Of a stretch of 64,000 nucleotides of DNA, positions 20,085-29,576 are shown piece by piece. This DNA comes from Geopsychrobacteraceae bacterium (lineage in GTDB: Bacteria > Desulfobacterota > Desulfuromonadia > Desulfuromonadales > Geopsychrobacteraceae), in the NCBI GenBank assembly GCA_963662315.1, contig OY759353.1, positions 4,160,001-4,224,000 of the forward strand, given 5' to 3'. The notes below the pieces were generated by a model that saw only the letters and a list, made by a program, of their open reading frames with translations, ran no database searches and was not told the DNA's origin. How positions within the stretch are numbered: the stretch's first letter is position 1; each line of letters begins with the position of its first letter. The position numbers and the translations under genes are program-made.

Positions 20085-21998
20085 TCATCCCACCATCTTC
20101 GAAAAATGGTGCTTGGTTGAATCCTGTAGTTTGCTGGCAACGCGGAACGCTTCTTTGAGTAGATCCTGCTCGTTGTTGGTTAAACTTTTGGGGGGCAAAT
20201 AGTGGCTTGGCGGCTTGCCCGCTTCGAGGAGTGTTATCTCGTTGCGCAGACGCAGGAAGGTAAATGCTTCAAAGGCTGCCTTGATGTGTTCTGCCGACTC
20301 ATGGGTGAAAATTCCCAATTCGACCAGCTTGTCCAGGCGCTCGATGGTGGTGGTTGCCTCTAACTGCTGCTCAAGGGCAAACATGCGCACGCAGTCAACA
20401 ATGAAAATGCTGCCCGCCTGCTTGAGCGACAGTTGCCCCTTGTGTTCTCCCGAGCGATCCGGGGCAAAACGACCGATAAGGCTAAGGGGAACCTTGTGCC
20501 TGAAGTCAAGGGTCATCATGTGATAGAGGAAAATCGGATGGGCCTTGATCAACTGACGAACGATATCGCGCAGGTCCTGACATAAGGATGCGTCCCCGGC
20601 AATCGGCATAAAGTCGAAAAAGATCGACGAATAGCGAACCCGCTGCGGTTCCGGGACCCTGATCCAGGAACTGATGCGCTCCAGCCATTGCTGCAGCCGT
20701 CCCCGCCACAGCGGATTGCTGGCCATGACATTCCCTTTGCAGCGCGAATAGCCGATGTCTGCCAGGGCGCTCACCAGCGCGTCCGCAAACGGGACGAAGA
20801 ACGCTTCGACCTCAGCACTGCGTTCTTCCGGGTAGTCCTCAAAGATAAAACCATTGTCCTGATCCGGCCCCAGCAACATCTCTTTACGGCCACCACTGCC
20901 CATGATGATGAAGCAATGTTTAATTTCAGGAAGTTTTGCCCCGGACTGCTGTCGGGCCGCCAGTACCAGCTCATAGGCACGGCGAATGATGCGGTGGTGG
21001 ATATAAGAGATAATCTCCATGGTTTCAGTATGGGAGCGGGATTCGCTCAGCAATACCCGGGCGACCTTGACCAGCTCTTTACGGGCCGTCACCAGATCGG
21101 CAATGGAATCGGCCTGGCTGATATTGCCGACCAGCAGCATCGATTTCTGGCTGCGGTAGCGCATCAGGTCCTGCAGTGTCACCAGTCCGACCAGTTCGCC
21201 CTGGTCGAGGATTGGTAAATGACGAATCTTTTTTCCCATCATGAAGGTGGCAGCTTCATACATAAAGGTGTCAGGGGACAGCGTATACGGGGGGGAGGTC
21301 ATGACCATGCTGGCCGGGGTCTGTTTGCAATCGGTATTGTCGAGTGCGATTACTTTGGCGACCAGATCGTGTTCAGTGATGATGCCAATCAGGTTTCTGT
21401 CCTGGTCACAAATCAGGGCCGCACTGCTGCCACTGCGGGTGATGGCGATGGCCACCTCTTTGGCCGAGGCGTCGGGTGAACAGATTTGGACCTCGCTATT
21501 CATGATTTCGGACAGACGCTTTTTAAACGGATAGGCCTCCACCTGAGCAAGGGTGTTCTGGCTGTGCTCGCTGACCATTTCTGAATAAAGATTGCGAATA
21601 CGCGAATAGATGACCCTGTTGAAATGTTCAGCCAGGTGCGGAAAATCTGTGGCGATATCGTGCAATACCTCCTGGGGAATCAGGAAACAGGTGGTTTCTT
21701 TGGCGGTGCGCGCTCCCGCTGTATAGCCTTCGTCGGTGAAGATCGGGGTGCCGCCAAAAAACGACCCGTCGCGCCGGTAGTCAACGATCATTTCCACCCC
21801 GCCGGGCGTCTGTACAACAATCTCAATCAGCCCTGATTTAATGACATACAAAAATCCCGAAGGAGGATCCTGCTGTTTAAAAATATGCATGTGGGGTGGA
21901 TACTTTTTTAGAACTGCAGCCTCGTTCAGCCGGGCGCAGACTGCTTTGGGCAGGGTGGAGAAAGGTTCGGCTTCGGCCAGGGTCCTAACAAGATCCAT
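20085..21998 (-). CDS. cNMP-binding/CBS/DUF294 nucleotidyltransferase-like signal protein
   Basis: N-terminal cNMP domain, CBS pair (IRHLPI), MGSGGRKEM..PDQDNG; commonly next to ActP-type symporters. Confidence 0.9.
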   Translation of the reverse strand: MDLVRTLAEAEPFSTLPKAVCARLNEAAVLKKYPPHMHIFKQQDPPSGFLYVIKSGLIEIVVQTPGGVEMIVDYRRDGSFFGGTPIFTDEGYTAGARTAKETTCFLIPQEVLHDIATDFPHLAEHFNRVIYSRIRNLYSEMVSEHSQNTLAQVEAYPFKKRLSEIMNSEVQICSPDASAKEVAIAITRSGSSAALICDQDRNLIGIITEHDLVAKVIALDNTDCKQTPASMVMTSPPYTLSPDTFMYEAATFMMGKKIRHLPILDQGELVGLVTLQDLMRYRSQKSMLLVGNISQADSIADLVTARKELVKVARVLLSESRSHTETMEIISYIHHRIIRRAYELVLAARQQSGAKLPEIKHCFIIMGSGGRKEMLLGPDQDNGFIFEDYPEERSAEVEAFFVPFADALVSALADIGYSRCKGNVMASNPLWRGRLQQWLERISSWIRVPEPQRVRYSSIFFDFMPIAGDASLCQDLRDIVRQLIKAHPIFLYHMMTLDFRHKVPLSLIGRFAPDRSGEHKGQLSLKQAGSIFIVDCVRMFALEQQLEATTTIERLDKLVELGIFTHESAEHIKAAFEAFTFLRLRNEITLLEAGKPPSHYLPPKSLTNNEQDLLKEAFRVASKLQDSTKHHFSKMVG

Positions 21999-22172
21999 CA
22001 GCAACCTCATACAGGTAGAATGGTGTGAATCTGTTCCCGGTTGGGACATGCAAAGATGCCAAAGTCCGCTAAGGGACTCTGGCATGAATTATTACCACAG
22101 GGCTGTTGTGATGAAAAGGGAGAGTCCGTTGACTCTCAGTGTTTGCGATGCAGAAACTCAATTTTTTCTTTG

Positions 22173-22547
22173 CTATTTTGACGCTGTAACCAATTTCTTT
22201 TTGCGGCCAAAAGTAAACGGGTGCGCCTGGGAGCGGATGATAAAGTCAGCAATAATCTTTCCCCAGATTGTCAGCCCGGCCATAGCGCTCCACTCGTCAT
22301 AGGTGAAGCGCGCCATCACCACCCCGATAATAATCCAGATGGCTATAGCGCCACAGGCCAGATTAAGCAGACCGGTCACCGGAGCCCATTTTTTCGGATG
22401 CGCAGGGGGCAGCCCGCGTTTGATGGCGACTTCAGCATAATTCTTTCGGACCAGAATGCGCCAACTGCGGCGCAGCCAGAAAAAGGCCATGGGAAACAGG
22501 GCCAGAAACAGAATCCAGGTCATTGCGATGCTGACATCAAAAATCAT
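22173..22547 (-). CDS. Hypothetical membrane protein (about 3 TM)
   Basis: Hydrophobic ORF with GGAG RBS, co-oriented with its neighbours. Confidence 0.7.
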   Translation of the reverse strand: MIFDVSIAMTWILFLALFPMAFFWLRRSWRILVRKNYAEVAIKRGLPPAHPKKWAPVTGLLNLACGAIAIWIIIGVVMARFTYDEWSAMAGLTIWGKIIADFIIRSQAHPFTFGRKKKLVTASK

Positions 22548-22617
22548 AAGCGTGCTCCCTTGTGTTTCATCCTCCCCCGCCAGGTGCAGCAGGGGAGGTT
22601 TTGAGTATTTTTCAGGA

Positions 22618-22762
22618 CAGTTTTCAGATTGGCAGCGAGCAATTTTTCGTCGTAGCCAGGAAATCAAGGGCTTGCGCGGAGGCGTAGTGCTTTACGCCGC
22701 ACAAGCAAGCCCGTAGATTGACGCCGCTATGGCGGAAAAGGGCCGTTGCCAAATGAAAACTC
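22618..22762. repeat. MITE/REP-like long imperfect palindrome
   Basis: Ends GTTTTCAGATTGGCAGCG...CGTTGCCAAATGAAAAC; internal GGGCTTGC..GGCGTA GTGCTT TACGCC..GCAAGCCC. Confidence 0.65.
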
Positions 22763-24572
22763 AGTGGTGGGCACCATCAACCGCCTTCGATCCACGCGGC
22801 GTGCGCACATCTTCAACCATCTGAGCAATATGATCAGGAACGGCCGGAGTCATATTCTTGACGGCAAATGCGACTGCAAAGTTGACAATGGCACCGATAG
22901 CACCGAAGGCATTCGGTGAAATCCCGAAGAAGAAGTCAGGCTTGCCACCGAACATCCACAGGAATTCTGTTCCCTTGACGAAGAATATACCTTTGTGGGC
23001 GAAGACGTAGATCATGGTCACGGCAAGACCTGCCAGCATGCCGGCAATTGCGCCCTGCTTGTTCATGGTCTTACTGAAAATGCCCATCATCAGCGCCGGG
23101 AAGATGGAACTGGCAGCCAGACCGAAGGCGATGGCAACCGTACCGGCAGCGAACCCCGGAGGATTGAGACCCAGATAACCGGCGACCACGATCGATCCGG
23201 CCATGGCGATTTTACCGGTGAGCAGTTCCTGGGCTTCGGTCATATTCGGCGTCCAGACGTTCTTGAACAGGTCGTGAGAAATCGCCGATGAAATGGCCAG
23301 AAGCAGCCCGGCAGCCGTTGACAATGCCGCAGCCAGACCACCGGCTGCAACCAGGGCGATAACCCAGTTGGGCAGCAAGGCGATTTCCGGGTTGGCCAGA
23401 ACCATAATATCCTGATTAACTTTAAGTTCGCTGCCTTTCCAGCCAGCAGCCGCAACTTTGGCCTGGAAGGCCGGATCTTTCGATTTGTCGTTGTAATACT
23501 GGATACGGCCATCACCATTTTTGTCTTCGAACTTCAGCAGGCCGGTGACTTCCCAGCGGTGCATCCAGTCAGGACGATCTTTAGCGACGATACTGCTTTC
23601 AGGCGCGAATATATCGCCGCCGGATTTTACCGCGGTATTAACGGTCGCATGCAGGTTAAGGCGCGCCATGGCGGCAACGGCAGGGGCCGTGGTATAGAGG
23701 ATGGCGATAAAGACCAGCGCCCAACCGGCAGAAGAACGGGCGTCCTTGACCGTAGGTACGGTAAAGAAACGCATGATAACGTGGGGCAGCCCTGCAGTAC
23801 CAATCATCAGGGATGCCGTGTAGACAAAGTAGTTGAGCATGCTTCCGGGAACCTGGGTGGTGTACTTGCCAAAGCCGAGGTCGGTAACAACATGGTCAAG
23901 TTTTGCCAGCAGGCTCATGTCGGTGCCGCTGAAGGTGGCGCCGAGGCCCAGCTGAGGTAACGGGTTGCCGGTCAGCTGCATGGAGATAAAGATGGCCGGT
24001 ATGGTGTAAGCCAGAATCAGAACACAGTACTGAGCCACCTGGGTGTAGGTGATTCCTTTCATGCCGCCAAAAACGGCGTACATGAAAACGATGGCCATAC
24101 CGATGTAGACACCGGTTGAGTTAGAGACGCCTAGGAAGCGTGAGAAGGCAACTCCAACACCGGTCATCTGGCCGATGATGTAGGTCAGCGATGCCGCCAG
24201 CAGACAGATAACGGCAACCAGGCTCGCTCCTTTGGAGTAAAAACGGTCACCGACGAACTGCGGTACGGTAAATTTGCCGAATTTACGCAGGTAGGGAGCC
24301 AGTAACATGGCGAGCAGAACATAACCGCCAGTCCAGCCCATCAGGAACAGGCCACCACCCCAACCCATGTTAGCGATAAGGCCGGCCATGGAGATAAATG
24401 ATGCTGCAGACATCCAGTCGGCGCCGGTTGCCATACCGTTAAGGACCGGATGGACTGAGCCACCGGCTGCATAAAATTCACTGGTACTTCCCGCGCGGGC
24501 CCATATAGCGATGCCGATATAAATGGCAAAGGTCAGGCCGACAACGAGATATGTCATAGCTGTAAGTCCCAT
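22761..24572 (-). CDS. Sodium:solute symporter, ActP/VC_2705-like (second paralog)
   Basis: Same family motifs as 16956-18785. Confidence 0.9.
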   Translation of the reverse strand: MGLTAMTYLVVGLTFAIYIGIAIWARAGSTSEFYAAGGSVHPVLNGMATGADWMSAASFISMAGLIANMGWGGGLFLMGWTGGYVLLAMLLAPYLRKFGKFTVPQFVGDRFYSKGASLVAVICLLAASLTYIIGQMTGVGVAFSRFLGVSNSTGVYIGMAIVFMYAVFGGMKGITYTQVAQYCVLILAYTIPAIFISMQLTGNPLPQLGLGATFSGTDMSLLAKLDHVVTDLGFGKYTTQVPGSMLNYFVYTASLMIGTAGLPHVIMRFFTVPTVKDARSSAGWALVFIAILYTTAPAVAAMARLNLHATVNTAVKSGGDIFAPESSIVAKDRPDWMHRWEVTGLLKFEDKNGDGRIQYYNDKSKDPAFQAKVAAAGWKGSELKVNQDIMVLANPEIALLPNWVIALVAAGGLAAALSTAAGLLLAISSAISHDLFKNVWTPNMTEAQELLTGKIAMAGSIVVAGYLGLNPPGFAAGTVAIAFGLAASSIFPALMMGIFSKTMNKQGAIAGMLAGLAVTMIYVFAHKGIFFVKGTEFLWMFGGKPDFFFGISPNAFGAIGAIVNFAVAFAVKNMTPAVPDHIAQMVEDVRTPRGSKAVDGAHH

Positions 24573-24586
24573 AGTCGTGTGCCTCC

Positions 24587-24841
24587 CTAGTCTTCGTGAA
24601 CGTCAAATTTTTCGTCGATCTTACCCATCAGTTTGGCGTAGATGAAAATCAGAGCAACGAAAATGTAGATTGACCCTTGTTGGGCAAACCAGAAGCCAAG
24701 GGGATAGCCACCAAGAGAAATGTTGTTGAGAACCGGTGCCAGTAGAATGCCGAAGCCGTAAGAAACAACGAACCAGACGATCAGCACATTTCTGATCAGC
24801 CCTAAAACCGCTTTCCAATAAGCAACACCTTTGTCGTCCAT
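24587..24841 (-). CDS. Small symporter partner (DUF4212-like)
   Basis: YWK...GYPLGFWFAQQGSI. Confidence 0.88.
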   Translation of the reverse strand: MDDKGVAYWKAVLGLIRNVLIVWFVVSYGFGILLAPVLNNISLGGYPLGFWFAQQGSIYIFVALIFIYAKLMGKIDEKFDVHED

Positions 24842-24966
24842 ACATAACCTCCTCTTAAAATTTGTGTGTTCCTGTCATTTTCAGCCCTGGATTGAATCTG
24901 AAGTCTTGCTTCCCTTAATAACCTCCTTTATCGCCTTCGTTACTCAAGATCCTTTTTCATCCGTGG

Positions 24967-25725
24967 TTAACTTTGTATTCTCGGAGTGTAGGGGCTAAAC
25001 CCGAGTCGTGCCGATATGGTTTCGCCAGCCGCGATCAGGGCTGGCAGTAACTCCTTATGAATCCGTTCCCTGTCAGTGCGGAAGCTGGGGGCGACCATGG
25101 CCAGGCACCCGGCCAGCATTTCTCCTTGCGTAAAAATAGGCACCGCAACACAGGTGCTCTCTTCGCCAACGCCATTACGGTCTATGCAGTATCTGCGCTG
25201 ACGGCACTTGTCCAACTCTTCTTCAAGCTTGTTGTCCATGATGTAGAGGTCTTTCAGCCGCTCAGAGAATGCCAGGCAGATCTTTCCGGAGGCACAGTTT
25301 TCGGTCGGGAAACGTTCCCCCGCCAGGGGAACGACTTTTACCTTTTGTGTGTTATCGGCCATTTCCAGGAACAGGACATCGCGCCCGCGGCAAACAACCA
25401 GGTAGACTGCTTCGTCACATTGACGGACCAGCTGTGCCATGACGGGTCTGGCTTTGGTTAGCAGGTCCATCTTCGACAGCAGCTTCTGGCTGATTTCAAA
25501 AGCACTCATCCCCAGCTGGTACTCACCCGTGTGCTGATTACGCTCGACATAGCCATGGTTCTCAAAGGTTGCCATCAGGCGGAAGAGGCTGGCTTTGGTC
25601 ATATCCAGCCTGTCACTGAGCTGGGCCAGACTGAGTTTGGTATTCTCATTGGCGAGGATTTCAAGTAGAAGCAGTGCATTCTCTACTGAGCGGATATTGT
25701 AAGATTCTTTATCCCTGCCTGGCAT
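24967..25725 (-). CDS. IclR-family transcriptional regulator
   Basis: IRSVENALLLLE N-terminal HTH, ASGK, CVAVPIF effector domain. Confidence 0.92.
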   Translation of the reverse strand: MPGRDKESYNIRSVENALLLLEILANENTKLSLAQLSDRLDMTKASLFRLMATFENHGYVERNQHTGEYQLGMSAFEISQKLLSKMDLLTKARPVMAQLVRQCDEAVYLVVCRGRDVLFLEMADNTQKVKVVPLAGERFPTENCASGKICLAFSERLKDLYIMDNKLEEELDKCRQRRYCIDRNGVGEESTCVAVPIFTQGEMLAGCLAMVAPSFRTDRERIHKELLPALIAAGETISARLGFSPYTPRIQS

Positions 25726-26346
25726 AGCGTCCCTTACCTGCTGGGCCGGCTTTAAACCGGCTCTTCATTTTGGTCAGAAATGTTATGGCTGATACCTTTT
25801 ATGTAAGAACGATAATACGCTGTTATATTATTGTCAATTCAGTTTTTCGAATAATTGCGCTTGTAGTGGTTATTGGTGGGTGGTTAAGGCTGTGCTTGCT
25901 GAAGCTAACTATAAGTTAATATTTATAAAAAATGATTTATTGAAATATTAAAAAAATAGTAAAACGATGTTTATATAGATAGTATAAAAAATTAGATATC
26001 TGGTGTTATTTACTTCCTTTCTGGGATGAAGTTACACGTCTGGTACATATCATGGTTGCTGTGGCGGGAGTATTTCATACTAAATAGGTCGACTATTTGA
26101 ATTATGGCAAATAATGTTTCGTTTGCCGGAATGAGCAGCAATTTAATGAAGTGGTGTTTTGAAAATGATGACCGGAAGGGTTAAAGAAGGAAGAGGCTGA
26201 ACATATGTGCGGCCTTTTTGGCAGAGGCCTGTCTCCAGGTTCGATGTGACTAAAAAATGGGCGATTTAATTTTTTTGTGGTTAAAACATGATCAGTTAGG
26301 ATGTTTATTGACGAGCTGGTGGTAGGGATAACGGGTTTCTGCAGTT

Positions 26347-26363
26347 TTGGCACGCTTCCTGTA
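26347..26363 (+). promoter_or_regulatory. Putative sigma54 promoter of the guanidine operon
   Basis: Perfect -24 TTGGCACG and degenerate -12 (CTGTA); predicted start lies just before the riboswitch. Confidence 0.5.
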
Positions 26364-26382
26364 GATCTACCTCGGAAAGTAG

Positions 26383-26484
26383 TGCAGCTAGGGTTCCGGC
26401 TTTTTAAGAAGTGACTGGTCCGAGAGCTGCAGCCTGGTCGGTGAACAGCGGCCCGGTACACGGCGGGATAAAAGCCCGGGAGAA
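26383..26484 (+). ncRNA. Guanidine-I (ykkC-yxkD) riboswitch
   Basis: CTAGGGTTCCG...GGTCCGAGAG...TACACGGCGGGATAAAAGCCCGGGAG consensus upstream of a urea-carboxylase-type operon. Confidence 0.95.
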
Positions 26485-26568
26485 TCGTGAGGGTTGGCAA
26501 CGTTAAAGCCAAAACCTTGGTTCTCCGTCAGCCCTCTTAACCTTACACAAATTAGGAGGTCTGGCATC

Positions 26569-27636
26569 ATGACTAAACGTATTCTCACCATTCTCATTGT
26601 CGCGGTCTTTATGACTGCTTCTCTTTCCACCTCAGCTTTTGCAGAAAAGCGTCACCATTTCAAACTGGCCTGGTCTATTTATGTCGGCTGGATGCCCTGG
26701 GGGGAAGCTGCTGCCCAGGGGATCGTTAAAAAGTGGGCTGACAAGTATGGCATTGATATCGAGGTTGTGCAGTTCAACGACTATATTGAATCGATCAACC
26801 AATACACGGCTGGTGCTTTCGACGCTGTAACCGCCACCAACATGGACACCCTGGCCATCCCCTGTGTCGGCGGCATCGATACAACGGCATTGTTGATTGG
26901 GGACTTTTCCAACGGTAATGACGCTGTCATCCTCAAAGGGACCGATAAACTGACCGCGATCAAGGGGCAGCCGGTCAATCTGGTTGAACTCTCCGTTTCT
27001 CACTATCTGCTTGCCCGCGCCCTCGATTCCATCAACCTTAAAGAACGCGATATTACCGTGATCAACACCTCTGATGCGGATATGATCGCCGCTTTTTCTA
27101 CCCCGGATGTTACCGCGGTAACCACCTGGAATCCGTTGGTTGCCGAAATTATGACGATGCCGGATGCCCACAAGGTTTTTGATTCCAGCAATATCCCCGG
27201 AGAAATTATCGACCTGACCGTTGTCAATACCAAGGTGATTCAGGAAAACCCGGAATTTGCCAAAGCTCTGACTGGTGCCTGGTACGAAATGATGGCGTTG
27301 ATGAAGCGGAAGGACGCGGCCGGTAAGGACGCACGGGCCGCCATGGGCAAGGCCTCCGGCACCGATCTGGCTGGCTACGACATGCAGCTGAACAGCACCA
27401 AGATGTTTTTCCGTCCCGATGAAGCCGTCTTCTTCGGCCAGAGTCAGCAACTGCACCGGACCATGGATACGGTCCGCAACTTCCTCTTTGAACACGGTCT
27501 TCTCGGCGACGCCGCGGCCAGCCCGGATGTGGTCGGTATCGCGTTTCCGGACGGCAAAGTTCTGGGCGACAGCGGCAATGTCACCTTCCGTTTCGATACC
27601 TCCTATATGAAGCTGGCTGCTGAAAACAAACTGTAA
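26569..27636 (+). CDS. Guanidine/urea-carboxylase-associated ABC transporter substrate-binding protein
   Basis: Signal peptide, AWSIYVGWMPW, DYIESINQYTAG, TNMD, VTTWNP; AGGAGG RBS. Confidence 0.92.
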   Translation: MTKRILTILIVAVFMTASLSTSAFAEKRHHFKLAWSIYVGWMPWGEAAAQGIVKKWADKYGIDIEVVQFNDYIESINQYTAGAFDAVTATNMDTLAIPCVGGIDTTALLIGDFSNGNDAVILKGTDKLTAIKGQPVNLVELSVSHYLLARALDSINLKERDITVINTSDADMIAAFSTPDVTAVTTWNPLVAEIMTMPDAHKVFDSSNIPGEIIDLTVVNTKVIQENPEFAKALTGAWYEMMALMKRKDAAGKDARAAMGKASGTDLAGYDMQLNSTKMFFRPDEAVFFGQSQQLHRTMDTVRNFLFEHGLLGDAAASPDVVGIAFPDGKVLGDSGNVTFRFDTSYMKLAAENKL

Positions 27637-27678
27637 GCAGATTATCAACCACACGTTTTCAGATTGGAAATGATTATC

Positions 27679-28503
27679 ATGAAATTACGCATGATCAATC
27701 GAAGGCCGGACCGGCATATCAGTATTGTGCTGATGTTGCTCCCCTTTGCCCTGATGCTGCTGGCTTATGTGGTCGGTTCGGAAATACGCCTCGCGGACAA
27801 CCCGAAGGACAAGTTGCTCCCCGGCCTCCAGTCGTTTGCCGACGCCATTCAGCGGGTGGCCTTTACCGCAGACAAACGCAGCGGTGACTACCTGCTGTGG
27901 GCAGATACCCTGGCCAGCATGGCACGGCTGGGGTGTGGCATGCTGGTCGCGACTTTGATCGGTATGCTGGTCGGGGTTCACATTGGATTGTTGCCCATCT
28001 GTCGGGCCGGACTGTTGCCGTTTGTTACCGTGACCTCGATGCTGCCGCCACTGGCGGTTCTGCCGATCCTGTTTATTGTGTTCGGTCTTGGTGAAGTCTC
28101 GAAAGTGGCCCTGATTGTGATTGGGATTTCCCCGATCATTATTCGTGATATCACGCTGCGGGTCGAAGAACTTCCCAGAGAACAGTTGATCAAAGCTCAG
28201 ACCCTCGGTGCCAGCTCCTGGCAGCTGGCGATCCGGGTGGTTCTGCCCCAGGTCTGGCCACGGCTCATCGATGCGGTACGCCTGACGTTGGGATCGGCCT
28301 GGCTGTTCCTGATTGCCGCCGAGGCAATCGCCGCCCAGAGTGGGCTGGGTTATCGCATCTTTTTGCTGCGGCGTTACCTGGCCATGGACACCATCCTGCC
28401 CTATGTCGCCTGGATTACCTTTTTGGCCTTCGCCCTTGATTTCTTCCTGCGACGCCTGCAGGGCTGGCTGTTCCCCTGGTTTGCCGCGGAAAGGGGGCGT
28501 TGA
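27679..28503 (+). CDS. ABC transporter permease
   Basis: KAQTLGAS EAA-like loop, AAEAIAAQSGLGY; start could be 27670. Confidence 0.92.
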   Translation: MKLRMINRRPDRHISIVLMLLPFALMLLAYVVGSEIRLADNPKDKLLPGLQSFADAIQRVAFTADKRSGDYLLWADTLASMARLGCGMLVATLIGMLVGVHIGLLPICRAGLLPFVTVTSMLPPLAVLPILFIVFGLGEVSKVALIVIGISPIIIRDITLRVEELPREQLIKAQTLGASSWQLAIRVVLPQVWPRLIDAVRLTLGSAWLFLIAAEAIAAQSGLGYRIFLLRRYLAMDTILPYVAWITFLAFALDFFLRRLQGWLFPWFAAERGR

Positions 28504-29303
28504 TGTCGCACGTTAAAGTCGAAAAAGTCTGGAAGTACTTCGGCAGTCAACCGGTGCTGGAAAATATCAACCTTGATGTCGCGTCCGGTTCCTATGTCTC
28601 CATCGTTGGTCCATCCGGTTGTGGCAAGTCGACCTTCCTGCGCCTGCTGCTCAGTCAGGAGACTCCGACAGATGGGAAGATTCTCCTCGATAATGAAGCG
28701 ATTGCCCTGGAACCGTCGGAGGAGCGGGGCGTGGTTTTTCAGCGTTATTCGGTGTTTCCGCACCTTAATGTCCAGGAAAACGTTGCCTTGGGGCTGGAAT
28801 TTTCCCAGGCAAAAATCCTGGGCAAGCTGTTTGGCCGCAAGAAGCGGGCGGTGCTCGATGAATGTCGCCACTATCTCGATTCTGTTGGGTTGGATGCCGC
28901 ACGGGAAAAATACCCTTCAGAGTTGTCAGGTGGTATGCAACAGCGCCTGGCCATTGCCCAGGCGCTGATCAAGAAACCCAAGGTTTTGCTGCTCGATGAA
29001 CCGTTCGGGGCCCTTGATCCCGGTATTCGCGCGGATATTCACAAATTGATGCTGCGGCTGTGGCGGGAAACCGGCATGACGGTGTTCATGGTCACGCATG
29101 ATTTGCGCGAGGCGTTTCACTTAGGCAACCGGATTATCGTCTTTGACCGCTACCGGACCCGGGAAGAGGAACTGGCTCACTATGGTGCGACCATCACCCT
29201 TGACCTGAAGCTGGGTGAAAACGATCCGTTAAAGCTCAAGGCCAGACAGGAAGGGGGCAGTGATGAGGGGTTTGCCCTCAAAGAGTTGCAAGCTGCGGGC
29301 TAA
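28503..29303 (+). CDS. ABC transporter ATPase
   Basis: GPSGCGKST, LSGGMQQR, LLLDEPF. Confidence 0.95.
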   Translation: MSHVKVEKVWKYFGSQPVLENINLDVASGSYVSIVGPSGCGKSTFLRLLLSQETPTDGKILLDNEAIALEPSEERGVVFQRYSVFPHLNVQENVALGLEFSQAKILGKLFGRKKRAVLDECRHYLDSVGLDAAREKYPSELSGGMQQRLAIAQALIKKPKVLLLDEPFGALDPGIRADIHKLMLRLWRETGMTVFMVTHDLREAFHLGNRIIVFDRYRTREEELAHYGATITLDLKLGENDPLKLKARQEGGSDEGFALKELQAAG

Positions 29304-29338
29304 GAGTTGGTTGGATAGTTTGCTTTGCGGGAATGGCC

Positions 29339-29440
29339 GGACTTAGGCCTTCCCATCTCCAGGGCCGCTTGAACCCATCCATGGTGCTTGACTGTCGCCA
29401 TCCGGGCGACAGACACCCTTCCGATGGGAAGTCCTAAGCC
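29339..29440. repeat. Long intergenic hairpin (REP-like)
   Basis: CTTAGG-C-CTTCCCATC ... GATGGGAAG-T-CCTAAG with inner CTGTCGCC..GGCGACAG. Confidence 0.55.
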
Positions 29441-29486
29441 CGTCCTGGAGCATTGTTAAATATTTAATCTTAGAAAAAACTTCCGG

Positions 29487-29541
29487 CCGGGACGACCCGG
29501 TATGGCATACGCCATTGTGGAACAAACCCGGGACGACCCGG
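29487..29541 (+). ncRNA. Guanidine-II (mini-ykkC) riboswitch
   Basis: Two identical CCGGG-ACGA-CCCGG hairpins (ACGR tetraloops) upstream of the cgdA RBS. Confidence 0.85.
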
Positions 29542-29576
29542 ATTCGCACAAAGACTGTGCGTCATGGAGAAGCCTG

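Noticed and set aside
29502..29576. Longer cgdA start
   Set aside because: Falls inside the guanidine-II aptamer; the RBS fits ATG 29577
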